From Octopus sinensis (lineage: Eukaryota), in contig NC_042997.1 in the NCBI RefSeq assembly GCF_006345805.1, positions 148,738,001-148,802,000 on the forward strand: a DNA stretch of 64,000 nucleotides, written 5' to 3'. Positions 1 to 14,924 of the stretch are shown here, in pieces. The notes below the pieces were generated by a model. The model saw only the letters and a program-made list of their open reading frames with translations. It ran no database searches and was not told the origin of the DNA. The translations under genes were made by a program, and so were the position numbers. How positions within the stretch are numbered: position 1 is the stretch's first letter; every line of letters starts with the position of its first letter.

Positions 1-600
1 TGTGTCTTGGATTTTTATGTTTTTGTTGTTATGGGTTTGTTATTGGTTTTCCTCTTGCATGTGTTTTCTACCTTAGGTGTGTGGGTATCAGTATTATTTA
101 GGATTTCGTCACGTGGGAACTTGATTTTTTCCTTATGCTCGGTCATATTTACTGTTTCATTGTAGTAAGATGAATGCATGTTGATTAAAGTCTCATTGGC
201 TGATAGGCATGATATTCGGGTTTCAATGTTCCTAACTATTCCTTTGGTTGTCGATGGTAAGACAATCGTTCTGTTTGTGGTATGGTTCGTACATCCCTGT
301 CTCTAAGCTAAAAGTACCAATCTAGGAAAATTACCTTGTGATAATTACTGTCTATGGTTATATATAGGCCAAAATTTTTAAATAATTAGTGTAGATTTTT
401 CTGTATCTCTATTTTTCTGTATCGTCTCTGTATAGACCTTCCGCTATTTGTGGGTATGAGAGTTTGATGTGCAATAAGATGAACATTTTTACGTTATCCC
501 TGAACTGAGCTGCGTCACTCGAACCTATTCGTTTATCGAATGAATTCGTTCTATCCGATATCATCCCTAGTTTGTTGTCATAATTAGTAACGGTTTAGGA
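1..600 (-). mobile_element. Decayed Penelope-like element, RT core/thumb fragment (Neptune-like), truncated by the window start
   Basis: Minus-strand translation gives IGSSDAAQF... then GLYRDD (421-438), then after frameshifts FGLYITIDSNYHKVIFLD, GMYEPYHKQND and CLSANETLINMHSSYYNE. These are collinear with the PLE RT motifs MGSYDGAE / GLYRDD / FGLxITIxxNxKxVxFLD / YxPYxKPN. Stops and frameshifts are present. Confidence 0.8.
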
Positions 601-2412
601 AACAACTAGATCTTCTAATGCAGAGAAACGGTTGCGTAATCAAGTACCTGCACGCCTGAAGAATTACGCTGCGTGGAAACAATTGTAGTGGTTGAAAATA
701 AATGTCCAACTGTACTCCTTCTCGTTGACTCCAAATTTTTAAAATAATCTATTCACACACGACAAAAGCCCAAGCACAAACCTAGAAGTACGTATGATAC
801 TACTACTGGATAGCACATCATGAAATATGAAGGAGGACGAGCTTATACTATATTCTACCATGTTCTTAACAAAATATACTATAACTATATAAATAAATAA
901 ATAATAAATAAATAAAAAAATAAATAGATATGTCCTATACTTATTGTGTTTCGGTTTTTCCCATCGTTGGTGATGTCCTGTACTTGATTATTTCATATTT
1001 ATTTATAATCGAACCCCAAGCAGCCTTGTCTACAACAAGTTTTTACTTTTATTTATAACTACTGGGACTCTACTCCCTGTTCTCTTTCTTCATTCATTCA
1101 TTCATTCATTCATTCATTCATTATTTCTTTCTTTCTGTCTTTCTTTCCTTCTTTCTTTCTTTCTTTCTTTCTCTCTACCCATCCACATTCCTCCTTATTT
1201 TCCATTTCTCCCACTCCTTTGCTGTCCCATGTCTATCTTTGTTCGATCCCTAACTATACTTCGTTGCTCCTCCCTATTTCTCACTCCCTTAGTTTCTTTC
1301 CGTCATCTTCTCTATTGTTTCCTTTCTCCTCTGCCTTTTTGTTCCCATGTGACTACAGGCAACTTTTTTCCCATCTCTGTATTATTTGGATGCGACGCGT
1401 ACTTAGCTGGACGTCATTTCTTCTCGCCTCCCGAGATACTCTCTCTCTCTCTTTTCTTTCCTATAATTATCCCCTCTTTTATTTATTCTATATCCTTTTA
1501 AAATTCCCCCCAGACGTTACTTATTACAACGCGCCTTGGCCTAACAGCCCTTAACGCTTATCTTGGTCGATGTTTACTCTGTACGTTCACCCTATTGTTG
1601 TTTGTTCGTTCGAAGCTGTAACTCTCCAGAAATTAACACACACGCACGCACACACACACGCACACACACACATACACTTACACACACGTACACACACCCA
1701 CACGTACACACACATATACGTATATATAATATATATACACACATTCTGGGGAGAAGTTTATTTAATTTCTGATTGAATCCTTGAATTAATGACATGCCAT
1801 TAGTGTTATGTGATACTGCTTTTATTCATAGGTATTTTACTGAGATTCCATGAAAATTGATGATAGTAATTTGGAAACCACTAGTATCTACGGACAAGTA
1901 GGGTATCTTATAGAAAACTTTAAAACTGCACTCCTGCATTGATATGTATTGACTGCTTTTGTTGTTTGTCTGCGAAATGCATAGTAAGGTACGAATATCT
2001 AAATTTTAGGTAGATATTTGATCACACACACACACACATACACACACACACAAGCTATACTGAGGCTATTGAGATGCATAACACAATGGTAGTATTGGCA
2101 CAATATGATTCTATATTTGGCTTCTCACAAACCACATTGAAGAGTCTAAGCATGTCAAAATTGTCTCTATTGAATAATGTCTTGAAGGTGCGAAGGTGCG
2201 CACGCATGTGTGTGCTTGGGTGTGAGTGCGTGTATGTGATTGTGTGTGAGTATATCTATGTATGCAAGCATATATGTATATATATATGTATACGTGTGTA
2301 TTTATATAATATATATATATATATTATATATATATATATATATATACATACATTAAATACGCATGCGAATATACATGTGTGTGTGTGAATAGGTATGGTT
2401 GAGTGTATATAT

Positions 2413-2443
<31 letters not shown>

Positions 2444-2491
2444 CTATTAATATTCTCCTTGAGAATGACTTAGAAATTGATATATATACAC

Positions 2492-2524
<33 letters not shown>

Positions 2525-3061
2525 GTGCATGTTTGATGCAAATATAAGTGAGACGAATACCGGATCTAATACATACGAATGGTATAGACGTTGCTTCAAC
2601 AACGGACTACTATGATCTCGCCATCTCGTTCCCCATTCATTGCACCTGCAAATACACTCGTTTACTGACGAAATAGTTCTTTCGGGTAGTGTTTCTTAAT
2701 GTGATCGACAAATATTTGCTTGACAATGCGAGCTTGGATTAACTTTCAAATATACGTACATGCTGTTGTTTTGATGTTCTATCAACACCTACTTCCTGTT
2801 AGATAAAATGAGCTATTTAGATGTTTTGGCAGTGATGCTTTCACAGGAAATTCTATTAAAGATTTTATATAGACAAACAACTATTAGATTCCTCGTGTGC
2901 TTACTCAACATGTAGGTTATAGCAAACAAACCTCCTTCTAAACCTTTCTTTCAAAAGTACACATGAGTTTTATGCATTCTGGATTAGAGCATGGCTGACA
3001 AAAAGCAATATTGTGACGATAAGTGAAATATTTCAGTTAGAGAATTTTGCAATCACGCTTT

Positions 3062-3124
<63 letters not shown>

Positions 3125-4944
3125 GTCATTGTCATCATCGTCATGATCATCGCCATCGTCATCACCACCATCATCATCGCCCCCAATATTTTCATCTGCA
3201 AGAGATGTTTATGAGGTAGTTATACTTATTTGAAATAATGAAATCATTGAAATTTCCCGCCATTCTCTCGTCTAAATGTATGAGATTTGTTGCTGAGTCA
3301 GTGGCACCTGACAGGTAAGCATGTTCATAATTGGTCTTCTCTGATAGACTTACACGGTAGGATTAGCTAAGAGGTTTGTCGAGCAACAGCAACCAATCAA
3401 TTTTAATTCACTTACATGTGAATAATTAACAACCATTTATAAATGTTGCATAATGACATAGTATTAGTGAAACAAATCCCAAAAGAAAGCAATACATAAA
3501 ATAATGTATTGTAGAATTACTTTTGTCTTCTTTGGCAAATGAAATGAAATATCCTATGTCAGTTGAAATCTTAATATTGAGCCATACTATATCCAATAAT
3601 ATACTTGTGCCTCTTGTACAAGCACAGGAATAAATGTAGATGTTATAAATATGTCTGAAAAGAAAGGTAGATTAAAAATGTTGATATATTTACAAGGATA
3701 ACGCCAAGACTCAATTTCCTTTCACAAATGTAACAATAAGCATTACTGAATTAAGATATGTGCAGCAACACAAAAGTGGTCATTCGATCTACCATTTCTA
3801 TCGGCTTAATCTCCAACAAATTAATTTCGGCCGTCATGTACAGTACGATACATGATATAGTATGATATACCTTAAAAGAACTGAGACTAAAGAATATCAA
3901 CAATAAATTATTTTATGGGAACACTTTATATACCTTGTTAAAGCTGATAACTGCTTGTATTAAAAAAAGCCATCATGTTTTAAAATATTTATCTATAGTC
4001 ATGAAAATATTTCCACCAAAATTCAAATTGATGGGAAAATATCTAATGTATATATAGATATATTTATCCTAAGCTCAATTATAAAATGCAAAATTCAGCC
4101 AGGAAAATACGGATATAAGAATAAACTGTAATATAATCAAGAAAAAAATTCACAAAGAAACAAACTTGGAAATGCAACAATATGTTACATTTCCTAGCTT
4201 TAATATAACATATGTATTATAATACCTTATAATAGAAGAAATTATATTTCATATATTAATAAACAAATAGATTATTCTATATTCTCCCCCTGTTTATATT
4301 ATAAAAAATATCATTATATTTTGACGTTATCATAGCAAACTTAGAATTGTAAACTATAGAAATAAAAAGCTGATGACATGTCCTATGCTGAGAAAGCCGA
4401 ATTACAGTTTTCTATAAATTTTATGCTTAAATCGCACAAAAATTATTTGGAAAATAACTATAATGTTATAATCAAATGCGCTTTCTCTAAGTGCCTGTAA
4501 AGAATTAATAACACGATAACTGCGGCATGTGTCTACACTACTACAGCCTAAAGCACAGCTAGAATGAAAATAAAATCGAACTGTTTTATTGATTGGAAAC
4601 AGTAACCCTTTGTTGCAATACCTTCTCAGTCAACCTTTTACTTTTCAGTCTCCAATACTGCTGGTCCCTACTAAATAGCTTTGCTTCCTCGAACCCAAAT
4701 TAATCAGATACTTCTAGTTTTTCCTCTCTTTTCCTAAATCATATTGTGTTTTCCATTCCCAGGCTAGAAACTAATGATCTTCGCTCAGTCACTCCTCAAT
4801 GTTATTTATTTTTTAATGGTTTTTATCGAAGCAGTATCAAAATAGCAAACATGTCGTATCAAATGTTTATATCAGCGTAACACTTACTTAACTCATCCAC
4901 AGTGGTAGCTAAGGATATTTCTTATATATTTTATGTTTGATACT

Positions 4945-5000
4945 TGGTGCTCCAGCATGGCCGCTGTCAAATGACTATAACAAATAAAAGAGTAAAAGAG
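4945..5000 (+). mobile_element. 3' tail fragment of SINE family S2
   Basis: ggtgctccagcatggccgctgtcaaatgac...aaaagagtaaaaga matches the tail of the full copy at 20458-20843. Confidence 0.7.
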
Positions 5001-5499
5001 ATGTATTTCTTCAGTTTTTCCACACATAAGGCATGATTTTTATTACTAATATCCCATACACAGATCAGACTTGCCTTAGAGAATTCCCAAGGCCACTTCA
5101 GGCTTCAAACAAACGCGACAACTATAAAAGGAAAAGGTACCCCTAATAAAAGAGAAGAGTTTCGAGAGTTCTCTCACAAACTAATAATTTTTTCATGTCC
5201 CGAAAATCGTAAACAACTAATATCGGTAGTTAAGTATTGCTAGTCATGCTAGGATAACAAGCAACAACTTCTTTTATATTGAGGATAGCAAATGGTATGA
5301 AAAAGATAACAACTATCTTGTAACACATTCTACGTGTCCAATAAAGGAAATGTGATGACAATAGGTGTAGAAAAAATCGTCAATGCAAAACTTAAGAGAG
5401 AAAAAGTAATGAAAAAACAGAAAATAAATTAGAAAATAATTAAATACTATTTTAGAAAAGGTAATATAGATATGGTAATTGAACCAAACACAGACACTC

Positions 5500-6330
5500 G
5501 TATACGTATGAATTAATGAAGTAGACAGAAGAAAACAGACATTAATGAAAAGGTTAAAACTAAATGGTATGTGTACATTACAGTAATGCTTAAAACCGAG
5601 TTAGATGCCAAACATACAGTAACAAGCATCAATATTTTAGCCGTTTCAGTAATAATACATAATTACAATCTTCCTAACTGGTAGATAATGGAATTCTCAG
5701 TGGTACGTAAGCGAACAAGAAATATATGTAAGTATTTAGAGCACACAAGTCAAAATCCGACCATAGAATATTAGACTTGTTTGAAAATTTGGATGTGGTT
5801 GTTTGTCATAGAAAATCATGAGTAGTAACGTTATGAAGAATTGCTTGCTTAGGTTAATAATAGGGTAACCTATAGGTTATATTTCATACGGAATCAGGGA
5901 GAAATATAGAATATAATAAACATGTAATACAAAAAGAACTACCATCACAAACAATCAAGCATTTACAACCCTAACATATTAAATGTAATTGCTAAAAGCC
6001 CCTGATAGAATTTGTTGGACAAATATTGTGAAAAGTCTATAGCAGGCAGAGGTAGATGAAACACATGTCACTTCACAGAATTACAAGGTGAAAAGCGAAA
6101 GCATCAGGCTCGTGACTACGACAAAATGATCAGCTCATTTCAGTAAGAAATGCACGGGATATGCACGGGATATGTAGACGATGTACAGAAACAATTGCTC
6201 AGGAATGGCAGAGACATATGAAATGCCCAAGGAACAATGATGGTATAACCAGACGTCTTGCAATGTCCGAGAAAATGATTACACGCTGAGGCACATCAGT
6301 ATATACAGGCGGGGTTCGTAACAGAATTTC
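5500..6330 (+). mobile_element. Highly decayed R4/Dong-like LINE fragment
   Basis: Translates to LKTELDAKHTVTSINILAVSVIIHNYNLPNW (cf. LKTELNAKNKIIGINTLAVPVISYSYNILNW in the intact copies) and later to KSESIRL...CRRCTETI (cf. KAETEGFL...CRICGDGQETI). Many stops and indels. Confidence 0.7.
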
Positions 6331-9300
6331 AGCACGCATCATCATCAACGAACCAAATGATATGTGGTTTAATCAAAGTAACACATCCAATATGTGATAA
6401 TACATTACAAAAATACACAAAAAAAATTCAACCGCTAGTATTTGCAAATATATTCAATCAAGATCTACATGAAAGCTAAAAAATTTCCATAAAGGCAAAT
6501 GGCTTCTGTGTGACACGAAACAATTTAGACAAATGCATGAAAATATCCGAGAATTTCAAAATCTACACAGCATAGAAATAATAGCACTACACAACACTGC
6601 ATGCAAAATGATTCGAGTACCCCAAAAATAAAGAGAAAAAAAAAACGAAAACAATGCAGTTAAAACTGTCCCTCGTGTCGAATGAGAATATTAAAAAAAA
6701 TAGATGAATGAAATGTTTAATATATTGCCATATCTCGGAAACAGAAATTTATGGTGGGGCAGTAAAGGCTGGATAAATCTATTGACAATATTTGGAATGA
6801 TCATAGGAATATACTGTATGATAGCTGATATAATCCGTCACTTAGCACTGACATATTCAAAACTGAAACTTGATTAGCAGCCATTAAGTATAGTAGGAGA
6901 TCAAATAGTACACTGTGCTTTATGCAGGGAGGAAGATAGATAACGAAATCAAAATTTTATAAGTTTGGTATAACATTGATGTGAAAGAGGGAAAAATAAA
7001 AGATAATTTGTATTGTCTAACGTGACGATGTGAAATTCGCGAGTAAGTTCTTAGGCGCCATGTGACTCTCAAAGCTTAAACAAAAACATTTATTCAATCT
7101 ACCGAGGTTAATTACTCACATGCTGCTGTCCATCCCAGTGGTGTTCTTCCATTATATATTTTAGTATTTCGGAAATAGTTTTCTTCTTTAACTTGAACCA
7201 GCGTATAAATAAATTCACTGACCCAGTGATTGAACTCACACTGACTAGATACTTCGCAAATATTTTCCCTTTAGTCGGTATGCAATTTATCCTACACCCA
7301 CACACACATGCAGAATTTCAACCTGCTTTTAAAGTAATTTGATATAACGTACTGTATATAAATTCTTAGAATGTGTTGGAATTTTGTCCATTAGCAATTG
7401 TATATATTCGTTGGAATATTTTGATATGTTATAGTACAATATAATTTTATAACAGTATAGCAGAAATTGAATATTATGTCATGTGTGCGTCTTAGGACTC
7501 ATTCACGTTAGATTTGATATAGGCACACATACAAAGAGTTACACTCTCATACATACACATACTTACGCATCTTAACACACAATCAAGGAGACGTACTGCG
7601 TATTTCTTTTATAAACATTTGTATTTGTTACTTCTGCTTTCAAAATTTATTCATTTCAAACTGATGAAATATACATAATATACATAAATACATACTCACG
7701 ACACACACACAAGCGCACACACATATGTCTACATATATACATACATACATACATACATACACAAAGGCACACACACAACACATGAACACACGTACATACA
7801 CACACAAACACACACGCACACCCTTATAATGGTATATTTTATCCGTGTTGCTTCACTATACATTCTACTAATCGTCCCTGTAGTGAAAATAAAGTAAAAA
7901 GCAAAAAATGTAATAATAATACACTTCTTCCGACATGAAGGAAAAGAAAACTCGATTATCATTTCAACGCAGGAAATTAATTTAGCTTGTAGCGACATTT
8001 GACATTGCGCAAACTTTGGCTAAACTGATATTAAGAGTGTATTTCAAGCTTATTTTCTCACATCTTTCGTCTTCTTACCCATATTGTCGATCATATTTTA
8101 TTATTTTCTTTTTCACTTTCTCAGTAGATAATGAACAAACTTAGCAGTCGGAAATCAGTCATATAGCATAAACTTGTTCAGTGAAAGGCGTACTACTAAG
8201 CACCAAGTAGCAAATACATTCCTTTCATGCAATATAATATATTCTTGTTACTAAGATCAATTCAATAAGCATTGAAATGAAGTTTGCTCTTGTTACTAAG
8301 AGATATTCTTATTCATTGTTATATAGCATTTACTCAAACCACATAGGCCATTTTACTGTTTTGCTGACATTAGTTCATACTTGATTACGGTCACGAAAAT
8401 ATTTCGGGTATTGTTATTTGTTTAGTTTGTTTCTGTCTTGCTTTCTAACAGACACTTTCTTATAAATAATACAAGTGCATTTATGAAAAGAGATAAAGCT
8501 GCTAAATATTTGTTTATCACATACTTATCTCTTTCTAGAAAGAGTTATGAGCGTATATTTCGACTTATTCTAAATTACGAATCACAAATACCAAGGAATT
8601 TCTATTTGTCTCTTTCGATAGTTACGACACATCTGAAAGGAATGTAAATACTCTTGCTGATAATAAAAGTGAAAATTATATCAGAATGAGAATACATGCC
8701 ACATATATCTTTTCAGTAAATGTTGCAGTTGCTATCGACACATGATTACACATCAATATATTGATAGGTACATACCAATACAGGAGCTATAGTTGATATT
8801 TAATGCTGGTAGCTACTTTAGTATTTGATCAAGATATACTTAGTAAAATGAATCCTAACTTTATTTTGGTGAGTGACATTACTGCGTATTTCGTATTTTG
8901 CTTGTGGGCTGAATAACTTAATACAATACTCACTAACGCGCCGGGTGAAATAATAAGAACTTCAACGGATCTATTCAGCGTTCCACTATCAAAAAAAAAT
9001 CCCTACAGAGGTTAAAGAGAAAGATCATCCTTAATAAATAAAAGGTATAGCGGTGAACTGGCTTAATAACAGAAACATCACAAACACATTTCATGTGTCA
9101 CGTAGAGAAATATAAACTATGTTTGCATACAACGGTGATTATCGCCGCCATTAAAGAACTATATCAATACAAGTGATAATGCCGGAAATAGATTATTGAA
9201 TAAATGTTGAAACACACGGCCTCGTAATCCATTGAATCTAAGGTTCATAACAATATTCTTGCAAGTATAGTTAAAAGGAAGTATTGACCAAAATTAATTT

Positions 9301-11314
9301 CTAGCTACTGTTATGCAAAGGAGATTATTAATAACAGTGTAGTTACATCGAATAGTTCAAGCATACACTACAATTTCATGAGTACACAAGTCCTTCTAAA
9401 ATGATATGCAGACAAAATTTAAATTTTTGTCCATGCTATATATATCTTTTAATCTATACTGGGTCAATTTCTATGAATATGTTTTCTGTCTTTCTCCATA
9501 CGTCAATTAATCATCTATAATATTTTAAATTTCCAAATGCCAACACTTTTGGCGAGTAAGATATAGATACGATACATATAAAGTTATCAAAAGACCGAGT
9601 AAAATATAAATTTCTCGGCCGTTTACCAATTTTTTCCACCTCTTTAAGAAACCAAAACACAAGTGATGTTTTTTCGACAAATAACAATTTTTGGATGTAC
9701 TGTATTGCGTGAGTATTGCCAAGAACGTTATTTCTTCAATTTAAATTGTATTTAAGTCATATAAAGTAAGAGGTTCATTACATCTTACAGAAGAAAATTT
9801 TCCTCCATTCACCTATAGTGAAAGTGGCCTTGGCTATGAGGGACTCATGTCATCACACGGAGTCAAAAAGCTGTGAGCCTCTAAGCCATATTACGGTCCC
9901 ATTTGTTGGTTGGAAATCGCGAACAAGTCCCTGATAATCCTCGGCACCTGGTGTGGAGCGGAGCTTTTCTATGTGATTCTAAAAGCAGCAATAGCTCTTT
10001 CTACTGACACTCTAAGCTTGTACACAGACGACATTCTTTCTCTCTTCTTACTTCAAGTAAAAACAATGCATACTGAATGGAGAGTTAACCCTCTACTACC
10101 AACACCTACTAGGAATAGACAAGCATTTTAATATTTATCCTGGCAATCCTGTAGTATTCTGATTATCCTAAATGGATCCTTGGAAAATGAGTCTTTCTGT
10201 TTTCCCTTACTTCAACTTTTGAGTACCTACTGCTCTTCAAAATCTGCACGAGTATTTCAAAATTTTTATTTTGGTATATCCTTGATGCATTACACTTCAA
10301 TAACCGATACTCTCTTGTACTTCATGTTGAATTTTCATTCCAATTCGCACTTGATAAATCGCATGATACCTCCTGCTATGTTGCTCTGTAATTTTAAGGA
10401 TAACATATATCAAATCTTTTGAAAGGATCTCTAACTAGATTATATGGAAATGTAGTAACATCATTTTCTTACTTCTCAGCATTTCTTAATTGTGTGAATC
10501 CTCATATGCTATTAACGCCTTGATACAAATGTAATTTCTTGCTTTCTTTTAATTGGGGCTAAGAAAGTTTTTCAATTGCTCGTTGGGCATGGCTATCTGA
10601 AGTGGTATTGTGTGAGTACAATTTAGAAAAGGTCGACATTTTCTAAATAAGATTCTACTATTAAGCGTGGAAAAGCTCCACATAGATGTTCTAAACTAAT
10701 GTCTAATAAAAAAAAAGTACCAGTACTGTGCTGACTGTGAACAAGTTAATATTTCTTCCAATACAAAATACCCACATACATATACGCACATATAAATATA
10801 TATACACACACATATATTTATATACATGAATACATATATACTTACAACACACACCTTCACACATGCACGCGCGAGCGCACTTTTTAGTATTTCATAATAT
10901 CTCGACGGCGTACATTTAATGCAGATGGAGCAATATTTTGATATGAACTTTCTTCTACTGATTTGACATGATTTCATTAAGTGTTATGCTATAAATTTTT
11001 AAAGTACCCCACATGTTCCCATCATCTTCTTTGAATTTTCACTCATAACATAATGCCAAACAACATTTTGAGCAGTTTTCACGAAAGACAAGAAATTCAG
11101 AGTTACTATGAGAAACAGGAAATGCACAAAAGAAAAAATAACGAAGAACCATAATATGAAAATTTAAGATGTACAACAAATCTTTTTGAGTATAAAATGA
11201 ATTATGGAGTTATATTTAATTGGTTAAAAGTAGTGTAGTTTAAGAGATTATTCATACTTAACATACACCGCACACTTATATCAGCTACAATTAATTCATC
11301 TACATTTATATATC

Positions 11315-11360
11315 TATATGCATACATACATATATATATATATGTATGTATATATATATG

Positions 11361-11443
<83 letters not shown>

Positions 11444-11575
11444 TATTTATATAGATGCGTGGGTCTGTTTTCATATATATGTTTATACATATATATGCAT
11501 ATATATATATATGTATATGTGTATTTATGTATATAAGTATATATACCAACATACACACATATACATCCATATATA
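11315..11575. repeat. (TA)n-rich microsatellite
   Basis: Long TA/TG dinucleotide array seen directly. Confidence 0.95.
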
Positions 11576-11581
11576 TAGAAA

Positions 11582-11720
11582 GACAATAAACGAAGACAGG
11601 TGTAAGAACAACAACCAAATTTATTAATTTGACCCTCGGGAAAATGAGAAGGTTTTCTAAGTGCCGAGCCTACGCTCTTCACGGGAGAGGAATAAGGGAC
11701 AATCAGAGAGAGAGATTTAA
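11582..11720 (-). mobile_element. Decayed copy of repeat family H (hammerhead-like motif degenerate)
   Basis: Shares gacgaagacaggtg...gagcctacgctcttca with 28255-28450 and 50110-50295; the ribozyme core is mutated (CCGTGA...GGCAC). Confidence 0.65.
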
Positions 11721-14553
11721 AAAAAAAACGTAGATTTGAGACATATAGTTATCATCATTGAATATTTGCAGAAGATTTGTTAATAGATAGCAAATCAGGG
11801 GTCTGGCGCGAATATTTACATAAAATTACACGTTGTGTAAGAACACCTAAGGAAAAGATGGCAGTACTTTTTAGTTCCTCGGTAAAAGTTGAAAACTTCC
11901 ACTTAGTGTCAATGGTTGCAGGAATAAAGTTTGAATTGTTATTAGATGCGTTATTAGACTCAATACGATCAGCTATGAATCTCTATGTCTATACGAAAAA
12001 CAATTATTTTAAAAACTGGTTCAGATATTTCCAGTCAAACATCATTATCAATTTTACATCTCAGTGATATACTTACTTCACAGGAAGTCATTATCTTATT
12101 GCTTGCTGTGCAATCTCTAAACAGGACGTTGGTGTTATTTATAACAACCATTCTAAAATTATTATTAGGAGAGTATTATCAGTAAGACAGCGAAAAATTG
12201 GAACTGGAATATTTATTTATAGATGTAAATCGAAAGAGGAAGAGGTTAAAAAATCGATATTGCTGTTCGAATGAATACTTGCATACGAATGAAGTTAAGC
12301 AGGAAATCAGGTTAGAAGACTTATAATTAATCTATAGTATTAGTAAGACACAAATGGAAAGGGATTTGTTCCAGAATGTATTTGAAGAATTGTCGCAAGC
12401 CAGTAAAATTCCTATAACGTTTCGTAAAGAAATGTTATGAATATGAATTTTTAAAGATAGCTGAAATGATGCGAAATATGTTTGTTGATACAAATACGAG
12501 GCTACCGGCGATTATAAAATAAGTGTTATTCATATTTCTTGTTAAAAAATAATGAGATATTGGTGGAAACGTAACAAAATCTTACTAGTGTTTCTTTAGA
12601 CTCCGTTGAATATGGCTAATTTTTTTTTTGTAAGGGGTCGAATTATACTTTGATTATAATGATGTGTAAAATAGATGATAACTCTCTTGTCACTCATCAA
12701 CAAATGCGTTGTGCTGTTTCGCTCAGGATGTAATTTATAACTATCTCCTTTTGAGGGATTGCAAAAGCATAGTCTTTACTCTTTCTGTAACCTATGTAGG
12801 TGTAAGGAATCCAGAAGCGACAAATATTTGATGTTAATATTGCCTGTCTTTTCTAGTTTTTAAATATACAACCATGCATTTTTTTTTTGTATGGACAGTG
12901 CTTTTCTTTAAAAGTTGTATTGAGATATGTGAAACCTGCCGTTCTCTGACCATATGAATGGTCATCAGTAAATGAGTCTTCTTTGAGAAGTGTACATCCG
13001 ATATGCAGTTCGATGCCTCCTTCATTTTTCAGCACTTGTTTTATATATTTGACATGGATTCTGCGGATATCAATTTTGTTGTTTATGTTTTCAGTGAATG
13101 TCAAGATCTCATGCATTTTAATGCCTAATATAAATGTATGTGTGTGGGAATGTGTGTGTTTGTCATAATTGAGGATATTTATGATAAATAATCTTCATTA
13201 CTTTGACTCATAGTGCTTGAATAGTCTCATCCATCTATTAAATGTCAATTATGTTTTTCTATGTTTTATGTCTCTTTAATACTTCTACAAAGTTTTTTTT
13301 TTCAATGAATTGAATATGTTAAAATAACCAAAGTGTTCAATATTATGAATTTTGAAATATACATAAATGATATAATTAAATATATGAGCCATCATATGGT
13401 ACGTATTATTAAATTACCTGAAGTTTAGTATAATGATTTATATATATCAATTTTAACATTCATTTGTTGACAGAAACTGAAACCATCTGACATCAGACTC
13501 ACCATGCACATTATTTATTGCTAGTTATATTACACTACGGTCCATACTTCGAAATTTATTTAAAATCAGTGGTTTTTATACTCTTGCCGAATAAAATTAA
13601 TTAAACAATAGCCAGCTGGCAACTCGCAGCCAATTATGTTTTGGAGACACGAACTATGCTTTGATAATTGGTTTCAATGTCTACGAACTTGCGAGCGTTT
13701 ATAGAAAATTGAGCCAGGGTGAAACACTTGGTGAGAGTGAGAGAGAGGGGGTAAGTTGAGAGAGAAATAAATAGAAAGAGAGGGTGGATAGATAGGGCTG
13801 CGCCAGTAAGTGGCTGGCATTAGTAGAATTGAGCAGCAGATTGCGTCTACTGAAATAAGGTGTCTTGCGAAAGGACAGTTCTAGCAATTGAAACCACGGC
13901 CGTCTCATCATGCGACCTCTGTAAATTTTCAATAAAATCCCAAGGGTAAAAAGTGAAAAACTCATGTTTTATCCGATTCGGTAAATACATTTGCAAATTA
14001 TTTATTTAAATCGACAAATGTAGATTTTCTTCGCAAACTTGAAGTGATACTTGTTTACATGCCGCAAACATTATTGATTTAGTTCAAGTCACTAGAAAGA
14101 ATTTAATCATAAAGATGGATTGAAATACACATCCTGGCAGCAAACTGTAATTTGCTGTGACACAATGCATTGGAGAAATATTATTCTATTCTAAGATACA
14201 AACAATTAAGAACTGGAAGATTAAGAACAAAATGTACGTTATTATTTCTCGAGGAACATGATTTATAATAGTGTTGTTTATACAGAAGAGCTCTTTTCAT
14301 TATGCTCGAGGATATTCTCTCTTAAAACACGTAAATCTCAATCCTTATGATTTGCTAGATTCAGTGTTGTGTTCAGGAGAATTAAAATCATTTGCAATAA
14401 ATTGTTTTAAGAATACTTATTTTAAAAAGAAAACTCGGGCCCTAGATTTGGATTAACGGCTTTATTTGCTTTAGACTCCGGATGTCTGTTTAAATATATA
14501 CATGTGTGTGTGTGTGTGTGTATGTGTGTGTTTGTGTGTATGTGTGTGTGTGT

Positions 14554-14888
14554 GAAGGCGCATGGCTCAGTGGTCAGACCGTTGAGCTTACGAGCGTGAG
14601 GTTGTCAGCTCGAATCCCGGACCGGGCTGCGTGCTGTGTTCTTCAGTAAGACACTTTATTTCACGTTGCTCGAGTTCACTCAGCTGTAGAAATGAGTTGC
14701 GACGTCACAGGTGCCAAGCTGTATCAGCCTTTGCCTTTCCCTTGGATAACACTGGTGGCGTGGAGAGGGGAGGCCGGTATGCATGGGCGACTACTGGTCT
14801 TCCATAAACAGCCTTGCCCGGACTTGTGACTGAGAGGGTAACTTTCCAGGTGCAATCCCATGGTCAGTGTCGTGAGTGAAGGGGGTCT
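14554..14888 (+). mobile_element. tRNA-derived SINE, family S3
   Basis: A-box-like TGGCTCAGTGG and B-box-like ctcgaatccc, then gtgttcttcagtaagacactt central domain. Reverse-complement copy at 62533-62868. Confidence 0.9.
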
Positions 14889-14924
14889 ATATGTGTGTGC
14901 GTGTATGTGTGTGTGTGTGTGAGC

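Noticed and set aside
4620-4770. Possible LINE RT remnant (FGF...RDQ) on the minus strand; similar hints at 10000-10450 and 44250-44530
   Set aside because: Too short and degraded to support.
7120-7268. Minus-strand segment ending NTKIYNGRTPLGWTAA before a gtgagt donor, ankyrin-like
   Set aside because: The key His of TPLH is absent, the acceptor is weak, and the phase does not join the other exon candidates.
14554-14630. tRNA-like sequences at SINE heads (also 20458, 39368, 59178, 62868)
   Set aside because: No complete cloverleaf or acceptor stem, and they continue into SINE bodies; not tRNA genes.
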